Numbered from the stretch's first letter, positions 1 through 14,299 are shown. The stretch is 64,000 bases of DNA from Catajapyx aquilonaris (GCA_000934665.2 KZ538077.1:62001-126000); one strand, 5' to 3'. Numbers and translations: made by a program. Notes: generated by a model not told the origin, from the sequence alone.

Positions 1-33
1 CGACTTGCGGGACTTTGACGACTTCCAGGGCAA
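1..33 (-). CDS. Putative common coding exon, truncated by the window edge; reads (V)ALEVVKVPQV... after a phase-1 junction
   Basis: Minus strand shows a branch-like CTGAT and gtttgtgtttctacaag|TTGCCCTGGAAGTCGTCAAAGTCCCGCAAGTCG. The frame is open. An in-frame ATG at 52 (MFVFLQV...) lies in the upstream intronic sequence. The acceptor is AAG, weaker than YAG. Confidence 0.5.
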   Translation of the reverse strand, partial: MPWKSSKSRKS

Positions 34-1124
34 CTTGTAGAAACACAAACATCAGTTACTCTTCACTTACGCACACTCCGGACCTTTGTTTTTCGAGAAA
101 AAAACAAACTTGCTTTGGGTGTGAACCGGACCCCTTCCCCCCTTCTTACCACAACTTGTGTGGACAAGTGCCATAGTCCGCACCAAGTGCCAAGTTCTTT
201 TTCTTTTTCAGCCAGACTGATTTCTTTGCGGGGGGTTACCAAACCTGGGTAGGTAAACGGATGGGTGGGGGAGGGGAGGGAGGGAGGGAGGGGAGCATCA
301 AAGCATGGGATATAAAAAAGTGGGGCATGCCCGGGAGCAAGGCGGCAAATGAACAGTCTCTCTCTCCCTCTCTCGGTCCTTTTTGTACGACTCTGACGGA
401 GATAAACGCTAGGCAAAGCCGGACGTGACCAAATTAGGATTCAGAGCGATGCTCGTTAATTTTACTCCGACTCGGACCAGTCGAACCCGTGTTGCCAAGT
501 GAGGAGAACGCTGTTAGCAATGTCGGTCGGCTCTCCTGCCCATTCCCCTCATCCTTGTTCTCCCAGATATTTATTTCCTCCCTTGTGACAGAAACGGCGC
601 CAAGAATTACACGGGAAGCCCCCTGGACGTCCCATTTGCAAATTACCCCCCGTTTGTATTGACTATTGATGTCGACTATTCAGTAATCTAAGGCGGAGGA
701 TCAATAGGCGCGCTTATGATAAGAAATACTTGGGTCGCGCGAGAGGTTCCAAAAGACATAAATTGCACCAAGCGTCTTCATCTCCAGAGCAAAACGAGAG
801 AAAAAAGGAAGATCGCTACGGCATCGGATTTTCACATTGACATCTGGTCCAAATATCGATATCGACTACATCCCCCCCCCCCCCCNNNNNNNNNNNNCCC
901 CCCCCCCCCCCCGAAAACCCTCTTTTCTGATCATGTCAGGCTATAGAGGGACGCCCGTCCCAAAACTCCAAGCCAAACGATTGGCTCGGTCAGGGATTTT
1001 TTGGGGAGATTTGCGCCAATTTGGTGGAAAGCCCGAATTTTACCAAGACACAATCTAGCCGACCTCTCTCTTTTTCACATTCTGTCACCTTGGCAGCCGC
1101 CCAGACGACGACAGCCCAACTCAC

Positions 1125-1167
1125 CTGGTCCACCCATCCCTCGACTCCTGCAGTCAATTTCTACTGT
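1125..1167 (-). CDS. Putative 43-nt alternative exon containing ATG GGT GGA CCA G (MGGP, phase-1 end)
   Basis: Pyrimidine-rich acceptor ...tctttatctgtgttcattatacatttttgcctcgcag| and consensus donor CAG|gtgagt. Its ATG is in frame with exon 33-1. Confidence 0.5.
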
Positions 1168-3422
1168 CTGCGAGGCAAAAATGTATAATGAACACAGATA
1201 AAGAAATAGAAAGCGAGATGCAGAGAGAGACAGGTAATGTGGGGGGAAAACGTCGCCGCTTGGGTCTCCCAGGCCTCCGCTTCCAACTTGATAAAACTTT
1301 TTTCCCTTTTTCTTTTTTTTCTTTTTCTTTTTTTTTTTTTTGCAAAAGTGGGAAAGGAGTTTTTTAACCCCCCCCTTCTTCCATTGCGACGGAGTCAAAT
1401 GTATTGCTATCATTCCGCAATCTTTTGTGTAGAGCCGAGTCCTTCGGTGCCAAAACCCTCCACCCTCTCCCCCCACCAGAACTACGTCTATAGACCACAG
1501 TGGAATATCTTCAGAATATTTTAGTGACCAAGAAAAAAAAGTGACTGTGCGGGAGAGACAGAAGCTCGCATCCCCAACCCTCTACCCAAGTACGGATCCG
1601 AGTTTGGGGCAGTATGGAATTGCAAGACATAACATCACGTACGTGGCAAAACATGTGAGTATCAAGTACGAATATAACTATGTGTGTCAGATGCAACATC
1701 ACGTTTGGACATTTGTGCTGGTGAAATAAGTGATATACTGTACATATGTGATGTGACATCTGAGCTGTCAATGCATGTTGTGTCGAGTTGGTATGTATGG
1801 GATCGACCGCACTTGGAAGCACGGTCTTGGGGCACAGGGGGGAAGATTACACCCGATTCAACTCCCATGTGACGACATAATACCCAGGAAAATATACCGT
1901 CGCTGGCTGGCCCCTCCCTACCGCGTCTTGTTATTTTCTTACCAGTTACACTCAGCTCGTCCCTGGAAACCTAACCCAAGCTGCCCCGTCTCATCTATCC
2001 TCGCCCTTTCCCCTTTGAAATTAATTCCCAGGAAACGCTGATCATCGGAGCCACGGAGGGCTCAACTTCAAATCCTGCGGTATTACAAATATGCAGCTCA
2101 GCTGACCTACTGCAAGCTACAAGTCCTCCTTGCACGCTGTAGATACAACGGAGCCTGTTTCCAGGAGATTACAAATCAAAGAAACGATACGCTCGCACCT
2201 ATTGTACAGAAGGAATGTAACAAATGCAATAAACAGTCATTAGTACGGAATATCAGATGTGATCAACATTTGCATTCTACACATGGCAAAAAAAACGCGA
2301 TCCATACTGACCCATTTTACAGACACCAGAATGGCACGGAACAGCATTCAACACTTTTTCAGTTCACTTGTCGATGACCCGCAGAACCTTCCAAAAAACC
2401 GCGCCCGGCTAAATCCGGGGATAATGATAGGTAGATTCCACACTCCGGCCACATTATGGACGCACACAGCCTATACAGAAAACTATTTGCAGGCAGAGGC
2501 TCGACAGAACCGTGGCATCCGCGGTCGGACTGATCACCATTGTACGGCTTAAATATACGGTTAGGTTGCCGCTTTACAGGAATCGGTTTGGCAATTCCAA
2601 TTAGCTTGGAAAGAGTCCAACAGGGGGCTCCCCCTAGCAAGAAGACGGGAGGTGAGAGAGCCTGGGGAAGGGGGCTCCACTCCTTCCTCAACCAAACCAC
2701 GAGCCAGGCCTTCAAATTAACGACGGCGATTAAGGAGGCTTTACAAACGTCTTACAAGAGACCATAAAGCAAATATCGTTCAGGAGGAAACTGCATACTT
2801 TTTCCCCCCTATCCTTTTTATCCCATCTGGAGAGGTTTTTTTCTGCCAAAATAAACTTGATTCCGCCTTATTGTCAGGCAGGGTCATTAGGGGTCCTAAC
2901 TGGTGGCACAAAGGGCACTTTCTAGGCTCCCTGGTGACACATCAAAATATGGGGCCCGTACCTTCAGGCCCGGTGCTACCATTCTGTAATGCACTTTGCA
3001 AATTGTTGCGGATCAGACACGCACACTCTCGCCTGAGGGATGGCCTAAACTCCATCATGGGTGCAACTTATTTTTTATGAACCCAGCTACAAACTGATGG
3101 ACTTGGGGTGGGGTAGGGGGTCTTGATTGAAGTGTAGTAAATCACCTCCTGGCATCACACCCACCCGACTAGCTACCATGCAATTTTGCAATCGACGCAA
3201 TTGAGCCTAGTTAAAAACTCTGATCCTCTCAACAAAGGGTTGACTTCTTCATTTAGCGAATAAGTGGGACATAGCATACGTCACCTGCACCGTCATCGCT
3301 AAAATATATTCAATTCCGAGTAAAAATTTAAACCGAAATATTTCCTAGGGTGGGCGACTATTAAAGCAGACAGCAGCTTCTTATAGTGAATAAATATGAG
3401 AAGCTGTTCCGCATCGGGTTAC

Positions 3423-3504
3423 CTGAGCCATCAAATTGGCGGCTTGAGTGCAGGACTGAACCGGGATTAGTCGTTGGATCTAGTGGCTGGTGAGACCCTA
3501 ACAT
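3423..3504 (-). CDS. Possible alternative first coding exon MLGSHQPLDPTTNPGSVLHSSRQFDGS (phase-1 end)
   Basis: aagATG start, 82 nt of open frame, and donor CAG|gtaacc in phase 1. The donor is only moderate. Confidence 0.25.
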
Positions 3505-6500
3505 CTTCCCTTCTGGAAGCCGAAACTGTTTTGCCAGCTGCGGATGGACATGTTCGGCTCTATAAATCCGGCAGTAAATCGTGCATATCCAGCCGCAGCG
3601 CCTAATCATTTCGCCCACTCCACCTACCCCTCAAGAACCGGCATCGAGTTGAACGGGTTAAGTTTAGTACTAGAACGAGACTTTATTAGGTGGAATTAGA
3701 CTTGTCCCGGAATTAGACCCCCCCCACCGCCACACCACCCTCCCTACCATTCCTTTTAGAGAGGGGTTGTCTTGCCAAAGGGAAAGTTTGACGGATTTTG
3801 TAATTAGTTTGGAGGTTGGAAGCTGAACTTGTGACTTGTTTTTGAAAGGGAATTCAATAACAGGGACCGGGGAGTAACTTTGCGGGGGATTCTTGCCTTA
3901 GAGTTTGGGGGGGGGGGGGNGGTAGATGGAAAGGGCCGGATTGATGGCGCGTGCAAAACTCACGCGCCTCGACTCGTGTTTCCGTGATGAACGACGGAAA
4001 TCATCGCCAGACAAGCCCTACTCACACACCAGCCCTCCAGCCACAAACTGTCCGAAGCACAAGACTACGCACACCCCCTTCACACGTTCGCTCATACTTG
4101 TACGAACACCCAATAGCAGACACGTTCAGTCAAAAATAAGTTTCGGCCAATATCCCAATCAGGGCAGGAAATATTTTTGACCTGGCAATAGGTTTTTACG
4201 GTTTCATTTCTGAAGTGCACATTGTTCTTGTTTTGATAAATGCTGACGAACAGGCACTATTTATAAGGGCGGACGACGGCATCGCGCCCATTCCGGCAGG
4301 ACGTTTTATCTCCGACGTTGACAATATTCTTCACCCCCCTGTCATGAAGGACATAGGCGAGGCAGCTGACTCCGTCCTCTTAAAGAAATGAAACCAAGAC
4401 AGTCTGCCAAGCAATTCCCTTTCTAAACCCTTCCCGGCCAGAATGCCATTCTGTCAGTGTCAAGGCGAAAATGAAATCTGTGGCAAGCCTGTCCATAAGG
4501 GTTATCGGAGAGATGGCAGGTCGTCGGAAAGCGGTGCCTCAAGTGAAGGCGACGAAGAAGGCTTCGAGGGCACACAAGAAAATTCGAATAAAAAAAAAAG
4601 AGTAAACGATAGGGGACTTGGTGCCATCGCCCTCGTTTGCTCCGCCAGAAGAAACCAATCGCAATTTACTTGTCCCGCACTTTTTCTTTGCCCGCGGAGT
4701 TAAAAGGAGGAACCGATCCGCTCTAGTCGGTATTAACAGGGGATGAGTCTCGACATTCAACCAGCTTATCACATGTCCAATTAGAAGAATTGATTTACAT
4801 CACTCACCGAAGCTTAGACGGAAATCATCGCCGTTGAATGAGTAGGATTTACTTAAAGTTGACGACCCTATTATAAACTTTTTAATTATTTTACTTTCAA
4901 TATTGAGGTAATTGTAGTCAAAGTATTACATTCGTACTCGGTGGGAAGTGTGGAAACTAGTGACAAGTATAAGACTCAGAATGGACTCATAACTCTAGTT
5001 CTTTGCTAAAGTCAAGCAGATGGACATGCTTCATGATTTTTCTCGCCTTCGTAATAATGAGGAGTCTAATTTACTAATCAAGTTGAGTAACGCTGACGTG
5101 ATGCGTGTCTCATATCTTCTCCCCTTTTACTGTCTCGGCCCTTCCCTTCCCCCGATACCAGCATGAACAGGAACAGCCCATTGCATCTAATTACTTGCCG
5201 GCTGATTTGACCAAATGCAAATGCCCCTCTTGCCTCAACTCGGAGGTTGTCACGTTTGGCATAATCGTGGGGAGAGGACACACTTCACGCTGCGTTGTCA
5301 ACTTGACGTTTACAACGTCATCCCCTTACACACGGTGGTCCGTCCAGGCAACACATTATACATACGAAAGCAACAATATGTAGTCAACAGATTCTCCCAA
5401 ATGACTCAACAGTCTTCTTGAAATGTCACATGAGACCAGTATGTTGTTGCTCCAATTATACCTACAACTCTCCCCGCCTCCAACAATCACGCAAGTTAGA
5501 GAGAGGCCAGTCCGCCTGGTAATTATTCTAAGTGATACATGCGCTAGCAATAGTTTGTAATGTGCATCCAGCGCACCATACATTTCCCTCTAACGCGCTG
5601 GGAAATAGCCGCAACAATACTTTTCCATTTCCCGGCCCATTTACATAGGTCTTCACTAGGCACCACTAAACCAAGTGACAACATTGGCCATTGGAGCTGC
5701 GCGCGCACCACCCTGTTGCCACACGACTTTGGTAGGGATGACATGGTAAGAGGAAGTATATCAAAAATTCTGTCTGGAACTCTTGAAGGTTCGAGGGGGG
5801 ATTCCACTAATCAAGTTTGGCGTGCCACCGAGATGGGAAATACCGAGGATGCCCGTTTCCAACAAAGGCGCTTCTAGCACGCCATTTCCATATCGGGAGT
5901 CCAATCCGTCCGGGAATAGAAGTGGGGCAAAAGGTGGGATGATGGGTGTGACACTAATTAGGCATCATTGCCCCCCCCCCTCCCCCCCTGCTCTCGATAG
6001 ATCCAACATGGCTGCAGGCTCACATTAGCCCTCCCCACCTTCCCCCCGTAGGATAAGTGCCCACTGCCACATTCACTCGGATAATCGCCCCTATTACGTA
6101 GGCCTTCCCTCCATTCACTGTTCCCTTAGCCCCAACCTAGTAATGTTTCTTCAGCCATGTTCACGCCAAGTGTCCACTAAGGCTTTTCAAATTACTAATC
6201 AAGCTCCGCGCGTGTTTGTGCGCGCTAGAATATAATGTTTGCGGTGTAATATCCTGGAGGCATTGGAATGCGAAACTGCACCGGGGGAGACTTTACTTCG
6301 ACTCTTATTCACCGTATGAAAGCTCGGTAAAATCCATATGGAAAGCTTATGCAGTCAGCCCGGTGCCCAGCGACGAATCGCATTTGTATAGAATAGGTGA
6401 TGCAGTGGCTACAGACTACATCTACATACAGTACTTTGCTCAGCTTGCAGTGACATATAAACGTGTTAGGTGGGTATGCTTTAAGTGCCTGCAGAATCTC

Positions 6501-7344
6501 GGTGGAAAAATGCGGTAACCACCTACTGTCGTAATTTATAATAATTAGACGGGAAAGAGTCAAAGTTTGTGACTTTGCCTCGCCTGCTGGCACCATATTA
6601 AATTTGTTTAAAATGGGTGCAGGGTGCATCAACTCATCATGTACGCCGTATGAAAGATTCATGCTTTAAATAAATTTCCGTTTCCGAGTAGAAAATGTTC
6701 AAACTTTACTAGTGCAGCAAAATCCCCCCCGAGTTCTGCCTGCATGCATCCATTCGGGGCAAGTCCGCCAACAACAGATTTTCTCAGCAGTCTAGCTTCC
6801 GAACTTTTAACTAGTAAGCAAAGTACAAACAAGATGGAAGTTGTACACGGTATACAGACAGATGACGACTACATGTGTCCTAATTTTTTCTCTAAAAACT
6901 AACGGTCGCTTCATATACTTGTAGAACTTAATTGCGCAACGCCGTATGACGACAGCTATTAGGACTGGACACATTATGCTGCGAGCATTGGTATAGATTG
7001 CCACTTAATTACTCCTGTGTTTGCTTGAAGCGGACTGAAAGAATCCCCCGGAAACAAACACCCGCACATGATAATGATGTCAGCAGCACCCGGACTGATT
7101 GGAGTGTTAACATATCGCTTCTACCTGACAGCATCATAAGCGCTGTCATGGCATCACAAAAACAAGCCGGAGTATTATTCGACTAGACCAACAGCCACAA
7201 AAAGCTGCTGCTTCAGCGCCATATTGCCAAAGAGGAAACCTAATTAAAATGGTACAAAGTTGCGATGCCCCTATCTATAGCAGCTTTTTTTTTCCAGCAA
7301 TGTCAGCTGGCATATCTTTGCACATATAAAATTTTTGTACTCAC

Positions 7345-7374
7345 CGGATGGCTGTGACTCCTCATCGCATCCGC
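7345..7374 (-). CDS. Putative 30-nt symmetric (phase 1-1) microexon, (G)GCDEESQPS
   Basis: Very strong acceptor tgtttcttttttcctcttttcag| and donor CCG|gtgagt. Length is a multiple of 3 and the phase-1 frame is open. Confidence 0.68.
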
Positions 7375-8543
7375 CTGAAAAGAGGAAAAAAGAAACATAG
7401 TGATTACATTGGCATTTAGCAAACAATCGAGTTAAAACGCCAGCATCAGGCCTTGAAAATTGGCAATTCCATCATATTATCCCGCAGTGGGAGTCGGCCC
7501 TAAACCCCTTAGCAATCTGCACAGTTACTTCGGCTTATGAAATATTCTCCAACACTATCCTCGCCCTTCTCGAAAATTTCATTGCCAGTTTTTTTTTTAT
7601 TCCTCACATTTCCCCCCCAAACCTAGGTTATTCGCCAAAAAAGAGGGGGTGGTATAGAGATGTCATTTTGGTATGAAACCTATCGCACAGAGTGTCCAGC
7701 CAAGCGCGTCACGCAATTGAAAATCTGCGCTTGCTGGCCCTGTGGGATAGGCGCAATGCTGAATTCCGCCATATCTGCAAGCCGGATAGGCGAGGGGGAG
7801 GAGGGAATATGGGGATGTTCGGGATTAAAATATAGCCGCTGGGAAAAGGGCACAAAGGCAGGAGAGAGGGGTAGCTCAGGTCCCGAATTTAGCATTATGA
7901 CTAATATACATAATAAGGTTATGCAGATGTAGACTTGGATTTACGTGTCTGGTGCCGTATTCCACACGTGTATAAGGAAACACCGGCTCTTCTCCGCTTT
8001 GGGAACCGAACACTTCAACTCGTGTAACGACACGTCAAAGGCGTAGCGCTCGACTGCACGGTGCAAAAAACAACCACAAATAGTTCAGGCATAGCTCATC
8101 TCTTGTCTAAATCCGCGGTAGGTGATCCGGAGTGAGTCCCATTTAGATAGGGAGTGGATGGGTTCTTTGCCTTTTAACAAAAACGTGACCTATAATCGCA
8201 GTAATTTCCAACTAACTCGGTGCAAAACCTGGAAACCCTGCATAGCCTATACTGTACTGCATATGTGGTATTCTGGATCCATTTAATGAAGCTTGCTATT
8301 TGGAAATAAACGGCGGAGTCTGAAACGTTGCGTAAGTGGTCGATTTAATACCGGGAAATAATCAACAAAGTGCAGATTTTCCGGAGGGAGCAAGTTTATT
8401 GTACTCTTATTCAATATAATATGCACATGCACAATTAAACCAAACTATGTCAACAATACGTAAAAAAACGTAAGACGCAAAGAAATATAACGCTTTGAAT
8501 CTATAGTGCATGTACGAGTCATTTAATAAATATGAATGCGTCC

Positions 8544-8596
<53 letters not shown>
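8544..8596. repeat. (TAT)n microsatellite
   Basis: Perfect trinucleotide tandem run. Confidence 0.98.
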
Positions 8597-10799
8597 GGGC
8601 CTATTATTAAGAGTGTTACTATTACAGATTACTGTCACCTAGAGCCCTTGGCAATAATACTGTGGCGCACACAATGACCAGGGTTGAAAAAATACAAAAT
8701 AAAAAGCTACATACTAAAGTAACTTGGCTGTCTCTACAATAAGGTCCTTGTCTCTTCTAATCGCTACTTGGGTCAAAAAAATGAGCAGAGTTTTTGAGCA
8801 CTAGTACTGGAATGGGGGTGGGGGTGGGGTGGGGCAGAGGAAAGAGTTCTGGCCAGAGAGCAAGATTAAATCGCATTCGTAACTTGCAGCCTGAGGCTCA
8901 AGCCCTTCTTCTCCGCTTCACTTCAGACGATACTGCGGACCCAAGCTCCATTTCACTCTCTTACGCTATAGCAGCTAAGCCTCACAACACTCACCAATTG
9001 CACAACACGCAGCCCTACAGCCAAAAACTTGCTTCTTTAAAAGTATTTTCCAATCTTCGAACAGGCACCGAGCATTGAGTTCGACTTAAGTTCGCGTGCA
9101 AGTATAGCGGAAAACTAAGTATAATTTGCCGACAAACTTATGTGGTACCGAAGAAAAAATCATATTCCTATTCATTCTTATAGAAGAAGCACAAAAGATA
9201 AAACCTTGCCGAATTGAAGCATATCAGCACATATCCATCACATGGTAAAACATGCATTCTTACTTTTGCAGAGGCCTGTACATGTTATCCTAAAAGGATG
9301 AACAAGGATGCAGCGTATAAACCCGGTGGGCTTTGCAACTCATCTAGCATCCTCTGCACTCCGCTCATTTGCAGTCTGATGGAAAACTAACCTGGGGAAT
9401 AGTTTGTGGCGAGATCAGTGACTGTAAAATCGAGATGCAAGTTTCCGAGGGCACGGGGCTCTCATTCCATCGACTCTAATGAAAACATGATGCGACGTCC
9501 TGCACGGAGAGGACCGTTGTCAACAATACAATATCCGGAGACCCCGGCATCCGGCTTAAAACGAGTTTTTAAAATCCACTCCACTATCCACCCTACTTAT
9601 ATGACGGGCCAACGATGCGATTTTTTTGCCATTAAGCCGCATATTTAAAGCAATTATTTTTGTAGCCACGACGCGACGGACCACTATTAAAATAACAGTC
9701 GAAAACACGGACAAAACAACTTGTCACAATTTTTGATTTCCAATGCCTGGCAACATTCGGATAAAGAATGGCATCAACTGCAAGCGGCAACAACACCCTG
9801 GCCGACTTCAAACGCAAACCGCTCCAAACAAGTTGTCACATATTGATCAAGCGGCCGCCTGTGGTCATGAAATAGTCAAAAAAGAGGTGCATCCCAGCAT
9901 TGCTGGACTGCTTCTGTCCATTTTCATCCACACACGCAGCCCCCGAACCCATGTTTCCCTCGGGAGAGTCCTGGCGAATCCCCAGCTCTCCCTCTGTAGC
10001 ACCAGCAGCCCTGGTCCAGCAGCCAGAGAGAGCATGGACAGTAATTGAATGGGTATGTGACCGAAGACAGCATTTGGGGGTTGGAGGAGAAATGGCGTGG
10101 GTGCTGACCTTTTCCCCTTCTGCCACCACTCCACTCCTTTCCCATGCGAATTAAATGAGCGTGAAATGGGTTGCATCCTGGATTCAAAGGGATGTCCGCG
10201 TCCCCTAAATCATCCAAGATCTCGCTACTCTACTTTGCTACCTAAAAGAGATTACTACTGCATGCTCCCCGTGTAAATAAAATGGCGGCCACTGCCAGAG
10301 GGGACTCTCGTTTGGCAGACTTTTGCATGTTGTTGGAGCAGAAAATATGAACCAACCCTTTNATTACCTACATTGCCTTTTATACTTCCGTTTCCGTTTT
10401 CGAACGCTTGTTGCTAATTACGCCCTTTCGCCTTCTGCTTCACGAAATCTCCAGGCAGCAACGAAATGAGGAGTATCAGCCTGATTGGCCTAGACGACCA
10501 TTGTTGACAGCACACACATGACCACTCTCCATGCCATAAAGCAGAATATGCGTGGATGAGTGCTATGGTATGTGCACTAGTCCTTCGGGCGTGCACCTGC
10601 CTGTTTTTTTGTATCCATTGCAACTCTAAAGTTCTCATTAAATAGGGAGGCGCCACATGCACTTACATAACGTGGAGTGCACTGATGTATGCACAGGTGC
10701 TACTCAACACTCCGACAATAATTAGATTAGGTGGCCCCCTTGCTAACACCCCAGAAAATCGGTCAGGTTTTCTTCGAGCCGGGTGTAAGTACGTGCCTC

Positions 10800-10834
10800 T
10801 ATATAAAAGGGGGGCAAAAAAGGGGCGGTTAGTC
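10800..10834 (+). promoter_or_regulatory. Candidate TATA+Inr core promoter, antisense to the host gene
   Basis: TATATAAAAG at 10800, a GC-box-like GGGGCGG, and an Inr-like TTAGTC with A at 10831, which puts the TATA at -31. Confidence 0.35.
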
Positions 10835-12787
10835 CCGTTTCCTCGGCAATCGAATAAAAAGAGCCAGACGGAAAGTGTGGGGAAATTACATCCATCGATT
10901 TCCAGAAGAGAAGGGTGGAAGGTGGGCAAGGAAAAAACCCTGACCTTCGCGGGAAATATTGAGACAAATTTGCTGAAACCAAAATATGAAACTCGAGTCG
11001 GTCGAATGTGATGAGCCATTTTTCCCACTTTAAAAATAGAAAAGAAGCAACATTTCGCTTTGACGTTGGTCGGCATGATATTTTCTTTCGCTTTGTTTGA
11101 AACTGACGACGGCTGTTGAGACAAAAACGGAGAGCCGCAGCAGGGTCCTTCTCTTGCCCTTTCGGGGCATAACAATCCTCCCGTACTTTTACGCCTCCCA
11201 TGGTGACTCTTTGGCCAGCTCAAAAGGAGAAATACACTTCATTCGCAGAAAGGCCTGGAAAAACGTACAGTACATACACGTGCCCCAGAGATGCGAAACC
11301 GATCCTTCCGTCGTGTAGGGATCATATTCCCCGACATTTTCATCTCTCCTCTGACATGTGCCAACATGTCGTATCTTCACAATGTATGTTTTCCCTCATT
11401 CATTTATACGCTGGAGTTGTTGCTATTACCAACACTAATTATTCCGGACGTTAATTCACCGTGAGAGCAGCTCACACAAGTCCACCTTTTAAATGAAGGT
11501 CCGTATCCATTTGAATATAATTAAATACATTAGCGCAAAAATAACAGGCGGATCTGCGGGCCTTCTCAAGATTCATACCGGTGCGAGTTTATTTAGCCGG
11601 AGCGAAATAAGCTGGTGAAATTGTCGGCGTTCCTTTCTGTTCCAAGTGCCCCCTGGCCCACCCTACCAATATATTATTTATTTACTTTTAGACGTAGCTG
11701 TACTGTACGTGGCTGCCTGCTAGCATTTGCGCCGTGTTCTTCCATTCGGCATCATTTGTCAAACTGTGGACGTGACTGGAAAATTGGCCTTGCCTCGCAC
11801 TCAGGCCCAACCATGTTAGAACATTCTTTATGGCGGAGGCTTTGTGGAATGAGTTGAATCTCCTGGAGTTAAAAAGAAAAGAAAAAGAACAACCCTCCCC
11901 CCAGAGCTTCACTGCGGGTATTTCACCTGCAGAAGTGATTAGGGCGGTCCGGAGTTCGATTCCCGGATGAACTCGGTTCATCGGCCATTTAAATTCGAGC
12001 ATTGGGGATAGCAGCATGAGCAGCATAGCAATGGCATTGCGTGATTGCAATTGTCGGCAACAGCGGCACACCTGGCAGTTTTGAGGTACACCGCGGGCGC
12101 ATTGCTTTCCTCTCCGGCTGGCTACGCCCATCGGGTAATTCGGAGTGTGGAGAGACGCTCTGGGACGTTGGGGGGGGGGGGGGGGGGGGGGGGGGTGTAG
12201 ATCCCCCTTCCGGTAGGTAGGATTTGTGCATTATGCACTACGGCATGGGGCGTCATGCTCGAGTGCGCGAAACATGAACTACATTCCACCACCGCTCTGG
12301 GAGACCCAGCTCGCTTAAGTGTAAGCAAGACTTTGGTGTTGGGCTTCGCCGGGATCGCNGGGGGGGGGGGCAGCTTTTCCTTCCTACTTTGCCCTAATCA
12401 CCATCGAGTTTTACCCAGCAGGGATAATAACGCCAGCTTATAAACCAGAATAATTTCTTCCAAGTGCTAATTAGCCGGCCAACAAATCGATGCAGGAATT
12501 AGAGCTGACTATTAGCGGGGGCCCAAATTACGCCAACAGCACAAGTCCTCGCCAATTTCCTCCACTCAAAACACACAATTCACATCCCCCTATCCCCTCC
12601 CTATTTCTAATTAAGCTCGGTCAGGCTTTACCCCCCACCCATTCCAGTCTAATTCTGTTTATGAACGAATAACATGACGGTACATGTCAACCCCCGAAAA
12701 AAGGGGCAACCAGCGAATGTTTACGCGGTCGCAATATTTTCTTAGCCTGTACAAATGTGCTAACAACGGCCCCCTTTCCATTTTCAG

Positions 12788-12833
12788 TGGCAGGAATGAG
12801 TGCGCGTGAGAATGTGAGTGTAGAAACACGTTG
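12788..12833 (+). other. Candidate antisense exon (46 nt)
   Basis: Branch CTAAC (12760), acceptor ccccctttccattttcag| and donor TTG|gtgagt. Confidence 0.3.
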
Positions 12834-14299
12834 GTGAGTAAGTCCTGCAACAATGGCGGCTAGTTGAAAATACAACCCGACTCAAGTGGAATGGCTAAAA
12901 CCTTCTGCTGCCTTCCAAATCAGGATGCATGCCGTTTTCCCAGGGCAAAAGCGCCGAGGTCCCCGGAATTATGCATTCGGCTCGGATCTACCAATAAAGA
13001 GCTGTCAGCCAAAAGCAATGGCTTAGGTGACAGCCATTTATAAATTAGGCGGGGGTCCTTCATAGCTGGGGGAGAGGCAAATGGAATTAGGCAGCCAGCC
13101 GTGAGATGGGCCTATTTCACTTTCTTCTAATTATCACCTCAACCTGGCAATCTTTCTACTAATACCAGTTAGGTATTGCCAAAATCCAGTGTGCATCGGT
13201 CCATCGTGTATGGGATAGTTGACAGTTTGTGGTTGGCATTAGAGCCATGTATGTCATTTTTTGGGTGCCAGGTGGGTTATGTATAGGGACAAACGCATGC
13301 AATGGGCTCTACATAATGCAGGCAGATTGTTTGGGAGCGGCTCGCTCTATCGAAACTACTGCAAACGCTGTTGTTTGGACAATGTGTGCAACACTGACTA
13401 GCAGCCCCTTCAGCACGGCTATGTGGCTAAAACGCCGTGTACTGAACTGTATCTACACTCTGCCCAGTGCAGGACACTCTAAACACCGGGTGATCTAAAA
13501 GTCAACCGCCTTCAACCCACCAGATCTGAAAATAAATTGCGACAAGTCTCAACAATTTCAGAACAACTTTTCTATTTTGCCCCAAAATTCCCGACCGCCT
13601 CTTTTTGCCGGTACGTGTATCTCCATGAAGCATTGCAATGCGAAACGAGGCGAGCAGAGCAGAGTGCGTTTGGTGATAAAGTGGTGCTCGTCCAATGTTT
13701 CGATGAGGAGTCCATTAGGGGACGCCAATTGGACAAGCCCCATGGAAATGGAGGCTTTTATGCTAACTAATTTCAATACGTGCCAAAACGTGCGGGGGTT
13801 TGGGTGTGGTCGTGGGTGGGAGGGTGTCCAACCGGAATATTTGAGTAAAATATTCCGCTTAAAAAATCATCAATTCACCTGGTAATTAATGTATCAAGTC
13901 CAGGTCGAGGAAACAGAAGCGATGCTGGGGAGTAGGGGAAAAAAACGCGAGTCGGTTTCTAAGCGAATCAATTTGCGCCAAATGGACTCGCTTGAGGAGA
14001 TGGCTGCAGAACCGCTACACAAGTCCGCTTCCTCAGAAATGAAAACGGAAAGGACCTAAAACGAATTCATACGCGACGGTTGAGGCGAATGAGACCTCCC
14101 CCCAAAAATGTCGTGTTCAAGATAACACATCCCATTGGATCCGACCGAAAAAAAAACTCGGTCTCATTTGCAGTTTAGCCAGGCAATTTGAATGCAAAAA
14201 TTACGCCGGTGCCAAGTTTTTCGACATTCACCGCGCGAGCGGAAAACAGTCAGCAATGGGCTTTAAGCGAATATCTCTTCCATCACTGGGAAACTGAAG

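Noticed and set aside
64..69. Minus-strand donor gtaagt just upstream of exon 33-1
   Set aside because: It would define an intron of about 36 nt, too short to be credible
3491..3502. TGAGACCCTAAC, matching part of miR-125
   Set aside because: The seed and 3' end do not match and there is no precursor hairpin
11948..11966. B-box/T-arm-like CCGGAGTTCGATTCCCGG (similar motif near 28265-28285 on the minus strand)
   Set aside because: No A box, D arm or acceptor stem
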